64,000 bases of DNA from Alphaproteobacteria bacterium (GTDB lineage Bacteria > Pseudomonadota > Alphaproteobacteria > GCA-2731375), in the NCBI GenBank assembly GCA_965225945.1, contig CBDDBZ010000030.1, positions 152,450 through 216,449 on the forward strand, given 5' to 3'. Shown piece by piece: positions 23,396 through 34,408 of this stretch (the stretch's first letter is position 1; each line of letters begins with the position of its first letter). The notes under the pieces were generated by a model. That model was not told where the DNA came from. It saw nothing but the letters and a program-made list of their open reading frames with translations, and did not search any database. The position numbers were made by a program, and so were the translations under genes.

Positions 23396-24271
23396 GTGTT
23401 GTCCGCCGATCTCTTGGTCAACGCCATCGTCTCGGGTGTCCTGCTCGGCGGTTTCTACGCGGCCGTGGCACTGGGCCTGTCGATCACCTTCGGGCAGCTG
23501 GAGATCGTCAACATCGCCCACCCGACGTTCGTCATTTTCGGCTCCTACGTGACCTACATCGTCAACCAGAACTTCGGCCTCGACCCGGTTCTGGCCGGAA
23601 TCGTCATTGCCCCGGCGTTTTTCTTGCTGGGCGTGCTGCTCTATCGCTTTTACTACCTCAGCTTCGAGAAGGCCGGGCAGGAATCGCTCGCCGGCCTGGC
23701 CTTCTTTTTCGGCCTGATGTTCATCATCGAAGTGCTGCTCATCCTCGTCTACGGGGTCGACTACCGGCTGGTCAGCGCGCCCTATATCGGCCAGACGTGG
23801 CACCTCGGCTTCGTCGATTTTCCGCTGCGCATGACCGTACCGTGCGTGACCGCGGTGATCATGACGATCGGGGTCTACCTGTTCCTCTCCAAGACCTTCA
23901 CCGGGCGGGCCATCCAGGCGGTCTCCCAGGATCGCGTGGCGCTGCAGCTGATGGGCGCCGACCCCATCCGCATCAAGCAGATCGCGATGGGCATCGCCAT
24001 CGCCACGGCGGCCGTCGCCGGCGCCCTGTTGATCATCATCGGCCCCGTCGAGCCCTCCGTCGGGCGGCTCTACATCGGTCGCATCTTCGCCATCGTCGTC
24101 TTGGGGGGCATGGGCAGCGTCGGCGGGACCCTGGCCGCGGCCTTGCTGATCGGCGTCGTCGAGAGCATCGTGGCGACCTTCTGGGGGCCGTCGTGGGCGC
24201 CCGCCGTCGGCTTCTCCATCCTCATCGCCACCCTGGCGCTGCGTCCCCAGGGCATGTTCGGCAGGGCATAG
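23396..24271 (+). CDS. ABC permease (LivH-like)
   Basis: GLSITFGQLEIVNIAH, GRAIQAVSQD, VVLGGMGS, RPQGMFG. Confidence 0.92.
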   Translation: MLSADLLVNAIVSGVLLGGFYAAVALGLSITFGQLEIVNIAHPTFVIFGSYVTYIVNQNFGLDPVLAGIVIAPAFFLLGVLLYRFYYLSFEKAGQESLAGLAFFFGLMFIIEVLLILVYGVDYRLVSAPYIGQTWHLGFVDFPLRMTVPCVTAVIMTIGVYLFLSKTFTGRAIQAVSQDRVALQLMGADPIRIKQIAMGIAIATAAVAGALLIIIGPVEPSVGRLYIGRIFAIVVLGGMGSVGGTLAAALLIGVVESIVATFWGPSWAPAVGFSILIATLALRPQGMFGRA

Positions 24272-24277
24272 GCGGCC

Positions 24278-25234
24278 ATGAGCAAATTCTGGATGGCGGT
24301 CCTCGCCGTGTTCATAGCCGGGCTGATCTTCACCGGGGTGGTCGACAACGAGTTCTATTTCTTTGCCGCCTACGTCATCTTGCAGGGCCTGATCATGGCC
24401 ACCGCCTGGAACATCCTCGGCGGCTTCACCGGTTACGTGAATTTCGGCTCGGCCGGCTTCTTCGCCGTCGGCGCCTACACCTCGATCGCTCTCGACCAGG
24501 CGTTTGCGTTGCCGCTGCCGGTGCTGATCGTGGCCGGCGGCCTGATCAGCGGGTTGCTGGGGCTGGCCACCGGCTACCTGACGCTGCGTCTGAAAGGCAT
24601 CTACTTCGCCATCGCGACCCTGGCCATGGCGATCGTCCTCGAGACCGTCGTCAACAACTGGGAATATGTCGGCGGGGCCAGAGGCGTCTACATCCTGACG
24701 CCCGAGGAGACGCTCATCTTCGATTCCTACATCGAGCTCTTGTTCATGGTGATGGTGACCATTGCGATCGCCGCCGTGGCCGTGGCGCGCCATTTGAGCA
24801 GGTCGAGGATCGGCCAGGGGCTGGCGGCGATCCGCGACGACGAGCTGGCCGCCGAATGCATGGGGGTGCCGACGCTTCGCCTGAAGCTGATCTCGACGAC
24901 GACCATGGGCGTCTTCATGGGCATGGCCGGCGCGCCCTATCCGTTCTTCGTCACCTTCGTCGACCCGATCTCGGCGTTCTCGCTGTTCATTGCCATCAAC
25001 GCCATCGCCATGCCCCTCATCGGCGGCACCACGGTCTGGTACGGCCCGGTCATCGGCGCCCTCCTCCTCGGTGTCACCCAGGAAATCACCACCGTGACCA
25101 TCTCTTCGGAACTCAACCTGCTGATCGTCGGCGTCGTCCTCATCGGCTTCATCACCCTGGCGCCGGGCGGCATCGTCGGCCTGATCCAACGCGTCAGAGG
25201 AAGGAAAGGGAGCGATGGGCGCGCCGCTGCTTGA
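24278..25234 (+). CDS. ABC permease (LivM-like)
   Basis: WNILGGFTGYVNFG, LRLKGIYFAIATL, AIRDDELAA. Confidence 0.92.
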   Translation: MSKFWMAVLAVFIAGLIFTGVVDNEFYFFAAYVILQGLIMATAWNILGGFTGYVNFGSAGFFAVGAYTSIALDQAFALPLPVLIVAGGLISGLLGLATGYLTLRLKGIYFAIATLAMAIVLETVVNNWEYVGGARGVYILTPEETLIFDSYIELLFMVMVTIAIAAVAVARHLSRSRIGQGLAAIRDDELAAECMGVPTLRLKLISTTTMGVFMGMAGAPYPFFVTFVDPISAFSLFIAINAIAMPLIGGTTVWYGPVIGALLLGVTQEITTVTISSELNLLIVGVVLIGFITLAPGGIVGLIQRVRGRKGSDGRAAA

Positions 25235-25940
25235 CACCCGCAACGTGACCAAGCGCTTCGGCGGCTTCGTCGCCCTCGAGAACGTCTCCATGCGCGTGGA
25301 CAAGGGCGAGCGGTTGGGTCTGATCGGCCCCAACGGGTCGGGCAAGACGACCATGATCAACTGCATCTCCGGCGCGCTGTTCAACGACGCCGGCGAGATC
25401 ATCTTCGAAGGCCGCGACATCACGGCCCTGCCGGCCCACCGCCGCGCCCGCCTGGGCATCGCCCGCAGCTTCCAGATCCCCAAGCCGTTCCGCTCCATGT
25501 CGGTGATCGAGAACCTTTATATTCCGCTGGAATACGCCGCCTGGACGCGCATCGAGCGCGGCCGCGTCGGCGATGAGGCCATCGACATCCTCGAGCGCAT
25601 CGGCCTGGCGGACAAGGCCCACGAGAACTGCGCCGACCTCACCCAGATCGAGATGCGCAAGCTGGAACTGGCCCGCGCGCTGGCGGCGAAGCCCAACCTG
25701 CTGATCTCGGACGAGGCCATGGCCGGCCTGTCGAGCGAGGAGATCGACGAGATCCTGGAGATCCTGTTCGCCCTCAACGCTCTGGGCGTCGCGGTGATCA
25801 TGATCGAGCACATCATGCGGGCGGTAATGCGCTATTCGGAACGGATCGTCGTCTTCGACGCCGGCCGCAAGATCGCCGAGGGCGCGCCCGACGACATCGT
25901 CCGCAATCCGGACGTCGAGAGGGCCTATCTTGGAGAATAG
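25215..25940 (+). CDS. ABC ATP-binding protein (LivG-like)
   Basis: GPNGSGKT, IEHIM. Confidence 0.92.
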   Translation: MGAPLLDTRNVTKRFGGFVALENVSMRVDKGERLGLIGPNGSGKTTMINCISGALFNDAGEIIFEGRDITALPAHRRARLGIARSFQIPKPFRSMSVIENLYIPLEYAAWTRIERGRVGDEAIDILERIGLADKAHENCADLTQIEMRKLELARALAAKPNLLISDEAMAGLSSEEIDEILEILFALNALGVAVIMIEHIMRAVMRYSERIVVFDAGRKIAEGAPDDIVRNPDVERAYLGE

Positions 25941-26661
25941 GATCGTCATCGAGGACGTCGTCGCCGGCTACGGCTCGGTCCAGGCCCTGCGCGGCGTCTC
26001 CCTGACCGTCGAATTTGGCGAGACGGTCGTGCTCCTGGGCTCCAACGGCAACGGCAAGAGCACCCTGATCAACAGCGTCATGGGGCTCGTGCGCCCGAGT
26101 GCGGGGACCATCATGCTGGAGCGCGACGGCCGGCGCATCGATCTGGTTGGCATGCCCCCGGAGGAGATCGTCGGCTTGGGAATTGCCCTGGTTCCCGAAG
26201 GGCGTCGCCTGTTCCCGGCGCTCACCGTCGAGGAGAACCTCATGCTCGGCGCCTTCCGCAAGGACGCCCGGGCCGCGATCAAGGAAAACCTGGAGTTCTG
26301 TTTCGAAGCCTTTCCTGCCTTGGCCGAGCGCTTCAAGCAAGTCGCCGGCAACATGAGCGGCGGCGAACAGCAGATGATCGCCTTCGCCCGCGCCCTCATG
26401 TCGGCGCCCCGTATCCTGCTCGTCGACGAACCCTCGGTCGGCCTCGCGCCCATTCTGGTCAATCGCATGATCGCCAAGATCCGGGAGCTCAAGGAACAGC
26501 GCAATCTGACCATCCTGATGGCCGAGCAGAACTTCAACCAGGCGATCAAGATCGCCGATCGGGGCTATATCATCGTCCATGGCGAGATCGTCTTCGAGGG
26601 CCGCGACTCCGACGAGCTCAAGGACAACGAGCTGGTCAAGCGGTACTATCTGGGCGTCTAG
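25930..26661 (+). CDS. ABC ATP-binding protein (LivF-like)
   Basis: GSNGNGKS, VPEGRRLF, MSGGEQQM, DEPSVGLAP. Confidence 0.92.
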   Translation: MENRIVIEDVVAGYGSVQALRGVSLTVEFGETVVLLGSNGNGKSTLINSVMGLVRPSAGTIMLERDGRRIDLVGMPPEEIVGLGIALVPEGRRLFPALTVEENLMLGAFRKDARAAIKENLEFCFEAFPALAERFKQVAGNMSGGEQQMIAFARALMSAPRILLVDEPSVGLAPILVNRMIAKIRELKEQRNLTILMAEQNFNQAIKIADRGYIIVHGEIVFEGRDSDELKDNELVKRYYLGV

Positions 26662-26678
26662 TGGATTCTATCCACTAG
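26658..26678. repeat. Perfect palindrome CTAGTGGAT-TCT-ATCCACTAG overlapping the LivF-like stop
   Basis: Read directly. Confidence 0.8.
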
Positions 26679-26709
26679 GGTGGGCGCCGGTTCGCCGTTG
26701 GAGGACGCC

Positions 26710-27588
26710 ATGACCCTACCCGAGGATCGCGTTCCCTATTCCGCCATAATCGACCGCCCGCCGCTCCGCCTGCCGGATGGCGCGCGCATGGTGGTCTGGA
26801 CCATCGTCAACGTCGAGGAGTGGCGTATCGAGAGTGCGATGCCGCGCAGCGTTCTATCGCCACCCATGGGTCAGCCCTTGCAGCCGGATTTACCGAATTG
26901 GGCTTGGCACGAATACGGAATGCGGGTCGGTTTTTGGCGTTTGCTGGAGTGTCTCGAGCACTTTGACGTGACCGCGACTTTGGCGATAAACGGGTCGGTT
27001 TGCCAGTCCTATCCGCGCGTCGCCAACGCGGCGCTGGAGGCGGATTGGGAATTCATGGGGCACGGATTCCACCAAGGGCCAATGCACAAAATCGAAGACC
27101 AGCCGTCAGCCATCGCCCGAACCATCGAAGCGATCCGCGGCTTTACCGGCAAAGCTCCTCGTGGCTGGGAAAGCCCCGGTCTTACCGAAACTTTCGAAAC
27201 CATCGACCACCTGGCGGCGGCGGGTCTCGAGTATGTCGCTGACTGGGTGTTGGACGACCAACCTTGCGAGATCGCGACCGCGCACGGCCCCGTGCTTTCG
27301 ATCCCCTACACGGTCGAGACCAACGATATCGTGATGATGGCCTTGCAGCAGCATGAGTCGCAGGTCCTGCTGCAACGCGGACGCGATCAGTTCGACCGGC
27401 TGTATCGGGAGAGCGAGCGGATCACCCGGGTGATGGCAATCAGCCTGCACCCCTATATAACGGGTGTCGCCCACCGGATCGGCTACTTGGAGAAGCTATA
27501 CGAGCACATCCGCAACAAGCCCGGCGTGCTGCTATGGACCGGCGAGGAGATCCTCGATTGGTATCGGGCCGAGCGGCCGCCCGCCTGA
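26710..27588 (+). CDS. Polysaccharide deacetylase family protein (PuuE/allantoinase-like)
   Basis: VNVEEW, WHEYGMRVGFWR, EFMGHG, GWESPG, ISLHPY. Confidence 0.88.
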   Translation: MTLPEDRVPYSAIIDRPPLRLPDGARMVVWTIVNVEEWRIESAMPRSVLSPPMGQPLQPDLPNWAWHEYGMRVGFWRLLECLEHFDVTATLAINGSVCQSYPRVANAALEADWEFMGHGFHQGPMHKIEDQPSAIARTIEAIRGFTGKAPRGWESPGLTETFETIDHLAAAGLEYVADWVLDDQPCEIATAHGPVLSIPYTVETNDIVMMALQQHESQVLLQRGRDQFDRLYRESERITRVMAISLHPYITGVAHRIGYLEKLYEHIRNKPGVLLWTGEEILDWYRAERPPA

Positions 27589-27601
27589 GGCGGCTTCGGC
27601 T

Positions 27602-28015
27602 TCAGGCCTGCTGCAGCTCGATCATGTTGCCGAAGCCGTCCTCGAAAAAGACCTGTTCCGACGCACGCCCGACCAGGCCCTGGTAAACCCAGAATTCGAT
27701 CTCTCGACTTTCTAATTCGCGCTTCGCCTCTTCCAGATCTTCCACCACGAAGGCGAGGTGGGCACGGGTCGGATCCTGCTTTCGCGACCGTGCCGGTGGC
27801 GACTTGCCCTTGGCCCCAAAAACATGAATTTGCTGGCTGCGATTCCCCTTGGCAAGATTGACCCAAAAGCCCGGGATGCCTGGAATGTGCGGGCGTTTGC
27901 GATCGACCTGCAGGCCAAGCAGGTCGCTCCAGACATCGAGCGCCGCCTCGACGGCCTCGTCGTCAGGTGCGATACGCACACCTGCATGCATCAAGCCGAC
28001 AACCTTAATTCCCAT
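27602..28015 (-). CDS. VOC/glyoxalase family protein
   Basis: HAGVR..HLAFVVEDL..FFEDGFGNMIEL. Confidence 0.8.
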   Translation of the reverse strand: MGIKVVGLMHAGVRIAPDDEAVEAALDVWSDLLGLQVDRKRPHIPGIPGFWVNLAKGNRSQQIHVFGAKGKSPPARSRKQDPTRAHLAFVVEDLEEAKRELESREIEFWVYQGLVGRASEQVFFEDGFGNMIELQQA

Positions 28016-28171
28016 GATTTGCTTCCCCCATGCGTCGTCATTCGAGAAAATTCCAATATATTCGCCTCCACCCCCAACGCGATTCGGCCCACGGTCTCGA
28101 TGCAACGGTCGCACCTCTGCCGCCTCCGCTTCGTCGATGAATACGGGAGACGGCTCCGGCGCGTTCGACCG

Positions 28172-28876
28172 TTAGTCCCGGGGCGGCTGGGTCAGCCCTC
28201 TTGCCACCGCGGGTCGCGCTTCACAGCGTCGCACATAAGCGACGACGTTGGCGAAGTCGGCGACACCCACGACCTCCGCCGCCCCGTAGAAACCGCCGAT
28301 GACGCGAATCCAGGGAAAAGTAGCGATATCGGCGATCGTATAATCGTCGCCCATGATATAGTCGCGCCCCTCCAAACGCCCGTCGAGCACATTCAAGAGG
28401 CGTTTGGTCTCGGCAATATAGCGTTCGGTTGGATCAGGATCGGTGATCTTGTCCGCCGCGAATTTATAAAAGTGTCCTAGCTGGCCGACCATCGGCCCGA
28501 TGCCCCCCATCTGGAACATCAGCCACTGGATGCACTCGATCCGCGCCGCTGGGTCGCTCGGCAGCAGCTTGCCGGTCTTCTCCGCCAGGTAGATTAGAAA
28601 CGCCCCGCTTTCACACAGCGCCAGCGGGCGCCCGCCGGGTCCGTCCGGATCGATGATCGCCGGAATCTTGTTGTTGGGATTGAGCGATAGGAACTCAGGC
28701 GTGTTCTGGTTGCCGTTGCCAAACGACACCAGATGCGGTTCGTAGGCTAGGCCCAGTTCTTCCAAGACGATCGACGCTTTGACACCGTTGGGTGTGGGAA
28801 GCGAGTAGAGCTGGATCCGATCCGAATGCTGGGCCGGCCAGCGTTTGGTGATCTGGAACTCTGCAAGATCGCTCAT
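28172..28876 (-). CDS. Glutathione S-transferase (YfcG-like)
   Basis: TPNGVKASI, LNPNNKIPAI, CESGA, FQMGGIGPM. Confidence 0.9.
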   Translation of the reverse strand: MSDLAEFQITKRWPAQHSDRIQLYSLPTPNGVKASIVLEELGLAYEPHLVSFGNGNQNTPEFLSLNPNNKIPAIIDPDGPGGRPLALCESGAFLIYLAEKTGKLLPSDPAARIECIQWLMFQMGGIGPMVGQLGHFYKFAADKITDPDPTERYIAETKRLLNVLDGRLEGRDYIMGDDYTIADIATFPWIRVIGGFYGAAEVVGVADFANVVAYVRRCEARPAVARGLTQPPRD

Positions 28877-29240
28877 TGAATGGCACCAAGGTTACCAGGT
28901 AGGATCCTCGACCAGTCGAGAATGGTAAAACATTCGACTGTCGAAGGCGATTCGTATCCTGCGCCTCCTGCAGCCGGTCCCGGATACACTCCGCGGCGGC
29001 ACACTCGCCGCCAGTGCCCGCTCGCGCGAACAGCCGCGTGGCGCGACCCTGGCGCTGTTCGAGGAATTCGTACGGGCGTAACTCGATCGGTCCACCTGGC
29101 GGCTCGGCGGCGCCCGAGTGCCGGACGGAATACCACGGCCGCTCGGCGCACGGTTCACGCTTCGAGCCGTTACGCCAATCGCCATAAATGGCGGCTGGTC
29201 GGGGAGCGCTGTCTTCGCCGCTGATCTCGCCGAAGCTGCC

Positions 29241-29624
29241 TCATGCGCCGCGCCGCGCGTAGCTGACGGTCAGCACCTCCCAGAGATGCCCATCGTCGTC
29301 GTTCCAGTAAAAATTTCGCCCCCCCATCCGTGTGTTGAGCTGAAGGTCGTCGGCGCCGTTCGGTGTGCTGCGATACTTGATGCCCGCGCCGCGAACGCGC
29401 TCGAATATACCGTCGAACTCCTCGTCGCTGACATGGAAACAGTAGTGGTGGCGCTCGAGCCGCTCTGCCTCGTCGAAGTCGAGCGTCAGTGTTTCGTTGA
29501 CATAGACGGGGCTAAAGTGGCCGACCTTCGCTTCCCACGCTACACCCAAAATTCCGGCGAGCGCCTCGGCGGAGGCAACGGGACCGCGCGAGGGAACAAT
29601 GACGTGATCTAACAGAATCGCCAT
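29241..29624 (-). CDS. VOC/glyoxalase family protein
   Basis: LDHVIV..HHYCFHVSDEEFD..GGRNFYW..GHLWEVLT; AGGAGG RBS. Confidence 0.85.
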   Translation of the reverse strand: MAILLDHVIVPSRGPVASAEALAGILGVAWEAKVGHFSPVYVNETLTLDFDEAERLERHHYCFHVSDEEFDGIFERVRGAGIKYRSTPNGADDLQLNTRMGGRNFYWNDDDGHLWEVLTVSYARRGA

Positions 29625-29996
29625 AACGCGCCTCCTATATTTGTGCCGGTCGCAAACCTCGCTCTGCGAAACCTCATTCGGGCACGGCATTCCCGAGTTG
29701 CGCCCATCGCGAATTATAAGCGCATCGCCGAACGGCCGCCATCGCGAGCTTAGAGCAAGATCCGAATCGCGGCGAACAGATCGGCTTTGGCGCTTCTCGC
29801 CATGGCGCTCTGGGCGTCGATCGCGGCCAGGGCGCAGGCGGGCGAGCCCTGAATGCTGATGAGGCGGGAAGGGGCCTGCGTCGAGCTGGCGACGGCCGCC
29901 CAGCGGAAAGAGACCTTGGCCGCCATCACCGCGCCGGGGGCGCTCGCGGCCCGGCGCGCTTCCGCCGGGCGCGCGATTTCGCTATCACTTGCGTCC

Positions 29997-31550
29997 ATGG
30001 CGCTCGCACGATTTGCCGCGACGGTCGGCGGCTACACGCTGGCGAGCCGCGTGCTCGGTTTGGTCCGCGATATCCTCATGGCGGCGGTGCTGGGCGCGGG
30101 GCCGGTGGCCGACGCCTTCTTCGTCGCCTTCAAGCTGCCGAACTTTTTCCGTCGCCTGTTCGCGGAGGGCGCCTTCAACGCCGCCTTCGTGCCGGTTTTC
30201 TCGGGCCTGGTGGAGCGGCGGGGGCGGGCCCACGCCTTCGCCTTCGCCGACGCGGCGTTGGGCCTGTTGCTGCTGGTCTTGCTGCTCTTCACCGCCGTGG
30301 CGCAGGCCGCCATGCCTTGGCTGATGCTGGGCCTCGCGCCGGGCTTCACCGCGTCGCCCGAGAAGTTCGACCTCGCGGTGACGCTGACCCGGCTCGCCTT
30401 TCCTTACCTGATGCTGATCAGCCTGGTCTCGCTGCTGGCCGGCGTGCTGAATACGCTCGGCCGTTTCGCCGCCGCCGCCGCCGCGCCGGTGCTGCTGAAC
30501 CTCTGCCTGATCGCCGCCCTCGCGCTCTTCGCCGACAGCCTCGAGACGCCCGGGCACGGCCTCGCCGTCGCCGTCTCGGTGGCCGGCGTGGTGCAGCTCC
30601 TCTGGCTGCTGCTGGCCGCCGCTCGCGCCGGTTATCTGCCGCGCCTGGCCGCGCCGCGCCTGACGCCGGAGGTGCGAGAGCTGTTGCGGCTGATGCTGCC
30701 AGCCGCCCTCGGCGCCGGGGTGGTACAGATTAACTTGGTGATCGACCTCATCCTGGCCTCGACCTTGCCGGAGGGCTCGATTTCCTTCCTGTTCTACGCC
30801 GACCGCCTGAACCAGTTGCCGATCGGCGTGGTCGGCGTCGCCGTCGGCACCGCGCTGCTGCCGATTGTCTCGCGCCAGATTGCCCGGGGCGAGACGAAGG
30901 CGGCGGCGACCTCGCTCAACCGGGCGATCGAGTTATCGGCGATTCTGACGATCCCGGCCGCCGCCGCGCTGGTGATCCTGCCCGAGGGATTGATCGCCGC
31001 GTTATACGAGCGCGGCGCCTTCACGCCGGCGACGACCGAGGCGAGCGCGGCGGCGCTGGCCGCCTACGCCGTGGGCCTGCCGGCCTATATCCTGGTGAAG
31101 GTGCTGACGCCCGCCTATTTCGCCCGCTTGGACACCCGAACGCCGGTCAGAATCGCCATCGCGGCGGTCGCGGTCAATCTCGTGCTCAACCTGATCTTGA
31201 TGCAATTCCTCGCCCATGTCGGCCTGGCGCTGGCGAGCGCGATCGCCGCCTGGTTCAACGTCGCGCTGTTGGCCGCAATCCTGCACGGGCGCGGTCATCT
31301 GACGCCCGATCGTCGTCTCGGGCGGCGCCTTCTTGGGATCGTCGCGGCGGCGGCGGTGATGAGTCTCGCGCTGCTGGCCGCGCTCGCGGTCCTGGACGAG
31401 CTGCTCGCCGACCCGACGGCGCTTCGGATCGTCGTCGTGGCGGCGCTGGTGGTGGGCGGCGGCGGGCTTTACGCGCTCGCCGCGCTGGCTTTCCGCGCGG
31501 TGCGGCCGCGCGAGATCCTCGCCTTGGCGCGCGGTCGCCACGGCGGTTGA
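29997..31550 (+). CDS. murJ: Lipid II flippase
   Basis: [31 protein letters not shown]. Confidence 0.95.
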   Translation: MALARFAATVGGYTLASRVLGLVRDILMAAVLGAGPVADAFFVAFKLPNFFRRLFAEGAFNAAFVPVFSGLVERRGRAHAFAFADAALGLLLLVLLLFTAVAQAAMPWLMLGLAPGFTASPEKFDLAVTLTRLAFPYLMLISLVSLLAGVLNTLGRFAAAAAAPVLLNLCLIAALALFADSLETPGHGLAVAVSVAGVVQLLWLLLAAARAGYLPRLAAPRLTPEVRELLRLMLPAALGAGVVQINLVIDLILASTLPEGSISFLFYADRLNQLPIGVVGVAVGTALLPIVSRQIARGETKAAATSLNRAIELSAILTIPAAAALVILPEGLIAALYERGAFTPATTEASAAALAAYAVGLPAYILVKVLTPAYFARLDTRTPVRIAIAAVAVNLVLNLILMQFLAHVGLALASAIAAWFNVALLAAILHGRGHLTPDRRLGRRLLGIVAAAAVMSLALLAALAVLDELLADPTALRIVVVAALVVGGGGLYALAALAFRAVRPREILALARGRHGG

Positions 31551-31612
31551 CCCGGCGCCGGCCCTCGCGCCATAACCCGCCCTCGCCATCGGCGGCAAGG
31601 ACGGAAAATGTG

Positions 31613-32611
31613 ATGGAACGGATATTCTCCGGCGTTCAACCGAGCGGAAACCTGCATCTCGGCAACTATCTGGGCGCGATCCGCAACTTCGTCCGCCTGC
31701 AGAATGATTTCGAGTGCATCTTCTGCGTCGTGGACATGCACGCCATCACCGTCTGGCAGGAACCTTCGGAGCTGCGCCAGAACACGCGGGAGGTGGTGGC
31801 CGCTTTCATCGCCTCGGGCATCGATCCCGAGGCTCATGTCATCTTCAACCAAAGCCAGGTCCGGGCGCACGCGGAACTGGCCTGGATCTTCAACTGTATC
31901 GCCCGCCTCGGCTGGCTCAACCGGATGACCCAGTTCAAGGAAAAGGCAGGCTCGCAGCGCGAGAACGCCAGCGCCGGGCTCTACGTCTATCCCAACCTGA
32001 TGGCCGCCGACATCCTGGCCTACAAGGCGACGCACGTGCCCGTCGGCGAGGACCAGAAGCAGCATCTGGAGCTGACCCGCGACATCGCGCAGAAGTTCAA
32101 CCACGACTTCGGCGTCGAGTTCTTCCCGCTCATCGAGCCGCTGATCCAGGGCGAGGCGACGCGGGTGATGAGCCTACGGGACGGCTCGGCGAAGATGTCG
32201 AAATCGGATCCCTCGGAATACTCGCGCATCAACCTGACCGACGGCGCGGACGAGATTGCCCGCAAGATCCGCCGTGCCCGCACCGACCCCGAGCCCCTGC
32301 CGGAGGGCGTCGCGGGTCTGGAGGGGCGAGCGGAAGCGGCCAATCTGGTCACCATTTACGCGGCCTTGGACGAGACCACGACGGAGGCGGTGCTGGTGGA
32401 ACATGGTGGCGCGCAATTCTCCGACTTCAAGCAGCGGCTCACCGACCTCGCGGTGGCGCGGCTCGCCCCGATCGGGGCGGAGATGTCGCGGCTCATGGCG
32501 GCGCCGGGGGAGGTCGAGCGGATCCTCGAGCGCGGGGCGGAGCGGGCGGCCGAGATCTCGGAACCCATCCTGGCCGAGGTCAAGGAAATCGTCGGTTATC
32601 TGAACGTTTGA
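31613..32611 (+). CDS. trpS: Tryptophan--tRNA ligase
   Basis: [27 protein letters not shown]. Confidence 0.97.
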   Translation: MERIFSGVQPSGNLHLGNYLGAIRNFVRLQNDFECIFCVVDMHAITVWQEPSELRQNTREVVAAFIASGIDPEAHVIFNQSQVRAHAELAWIFNCIARLGWLNRMTQFKEKAGSQRENASAGLYVYPNLMAADILAYKATHVPVGEDQKQHLELTRDIAQKFNHDFGVEFFPLIEPLIQGEATRVMSLRDGSAKMSKSDPSEYSRINLTDGADEIARKIRRARTDPEPLPEGVAGLEGRAEAANLVTIYAALDETTTEAVLVEHGGAQFSDFKQRLTDLAVARLAPIGAEMSRLMAAPGEVERILERGAERAAEISEPILAEVKEIVGYLNV

Positions 32612-32734
32612 GGGCGCGAGACCGGATTTGGCGGGGGAACTTCCGGGCAGCGCTTGGCGCGGCGCCGGTTGATCTGCCCTCCCGCTCTCCCCATCTCTGC
32701 GCCAACGCGAGGAATTCACGCCCGAGGCCACGTC

Positions 32735-33733
32735 ATGCGCGATCGAGTCGCTGCCCAGATGCGGAGATGGCTTCCCCAGAGATCGTCGTCCACGCCCCTG
32801 CTGGAAGATTTTCGGATCAAGCGGATCGCTCTCAAGGGGGGAATCGCGGTGTTGCTGGTGGTGGCGCTCTATTATCCGCTCGGCATGGCGCTGACGCATC
32901 GGATCTCGGACGACATCGACTTCCAGGCGGGGCCGCGGGACTGGGTCGAGGGCGGCAGCCACGCGGTCTCGATCGCGACGGCGCTGATCGATCGCGAGAT
33001 CGACGAGAACCGCTGGGTCGCCAACGATCCCTGGTTCCTGGCGCCGGCGGCGCTCGACAACATGCCCAACTTCCAGCAAGGCATCATCCGCGCCATCGGC
33101 CGCTTCGCCTTCGAGCTGGTGGATCAGATCGGCCGCACCCGGGGCTCGAGCCAGACCGACCCCGACCTGCAGGAAGCCTCGGGTCAACTGCAATACGCGG
33201 GCGACGTCTGGATCTTCGACCTCTCGACCTCCTACATCCCCACGACGCCCTCGGAGAGTCGCTACCGCAAGGCTCGCCGCTCGCTCCAGGACTACAACCG
33301 TCGGCTTGCCGGCGGCGGCGCCAAGTTCGAACGGCGCAACGACAACCTGTTGGCGACGCTGGATCGCATCGCGCTCGATCTCGGCGCCTCCTCGGCGACG
33401 CTCGACAGCCACATCGAGCAGCATTCGGGCCGCTTGATCGATACTTTGGCGGATGATCACTTCTACGGGATCAAGGGCCAGACCTATGCCTACTACCTGC
33501 TGCTGCGCGAACTGGGACGAGATTTCGAGACCGTCATCGCCGCGCGGGAACTCACCGCCGCCTGGGAAGAGATGTTGGGAAGCCTCGGCTCGGCGGCCGC
33601 GCTGTCGCCGCTGGTGATCGTCAATGGGGCGCCGGATTCGCAGGTCTTGCCGAGCCACCTGGCGTCGCAAGGCTTCTATCTGCTGCGCGCCCGCGCCAAA
33701 CTCCGCGAGATCACCAACATCTTGCTGAAATAG
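32735..33733 (+). CDS. DUF2333-like membrane-anchored protein
   Basis: N-terminal TM, LDNMPNFQQG, RTRGSSQTDPDL, NGAPD..SHLASQGFYLLRA. Confidence 0.75.
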   Translation: MRDRVAAQMRRWLPQRSSSTPLLEDFRIKRIALKGGIAVLLVVALYYPLGMALTHRISDDIDFQAGPRDWVEGGSHAVSIATALIDREIDENRWVANDPWFLAPAALDNMPNFQQGIIRAIGRFAFELVDQIGRTRGSSQTDPDLQEASGQLQYAGDVWIFDLSTSYIPTTPSESRYRKARRSLQDYNRRLAGGGAKFERRNDNLLATLDRIALDLGASSATLDSHIEQHSGRLIDTLADDHFYGIKGQTYAYYLLLRELGRDFETVIAARELTAAWEEMLGSLGSAAALSPLVIVNGAPDSQVLPSHLASQGFYLLRARAKLREITNILLK

Positions 33734-33802
33734 CCGACGGCGGACGGCCGTTGCCTGATCGCCGCGTGCCATGGCAGCATGGGGTGGTGGAGGCCGTTTT
33801 CG

Positions 33803-34285
33803 ATGAGTGATGGCGACCCGCGCGTCCGCCGGAACTTTCTGGTGGTGGTCGACGATACGCCGGAGTGCCGGGTGGCGCTCCGCTTCGCCTGCATGCGCGC
33901 GCATCGCACGGGCGGCGGCGTGGTCCTGCTTCGAGTCATCGAGCCGGCCGACTTTCAGCACTGGATGGCGGTCGAGAACCTGATGCGGGAGGAGGCGCGG
34001 GAAGCGGCGGAGGAACTGCTGCAAGGCCTGGCGGGCGAGGTTTACGACTATTCCGCCATCACGCCCGAGTACCGTATCCGCGAGGGCCGGGTGGACGACG
34101 AAATCCTGGCCCTGCTGGCGGAAGAGCCGTCGATCCGGATTCTGATCCTGGGCGCCTCGCCCGACGCGGCGGGGCCCGGGCCGCTGGTCTCCCGCCTCGC
34201 CGGGCAGGTCTCGGGCTCCATGCCGGTACCGGTGACCGTGGTGCCCGGCAACATGACGGCGGAGCAGATCGACGACCTCGCCTGA
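33803..34285 (+). CDS. Universal stress protein
   Basis: FLVVVDDTPEC, GPGPLV, PVTVVPG. Confidence 0.88.
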   Translation: MSDGDPRVRRNFLVVVDDTPECRVALRFACMRAHRTGGGVVLLRVIEPADFQHWMAVENLMREEAREAAEELLQGLAGEVYDYSAITPEYRIREGRVDDEILALLAEEPSIRILILGASPDAAGPGPLVSRLAGQVSGSMPVPVTVVPGNMTAEQIDDLA

Positions 34286-34408
34286 AGCCTCGTCCCGCCC
34301 GTTGGTCCGGTTGACCTCGCCTGGGCGCGTCGCTAGGTTGCGCCGCGCAAAATTTCGGCCTGCTCGAGCGGTGACGGGGCGAGCCCTCGACGACATTCGG
34401 TGGCAAAC

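Noticed and set aside
28960-29081. Possible gene 3' remnant ending ..TLALFEEFVRA*
   Set aside because: Too short and degraded to assign.
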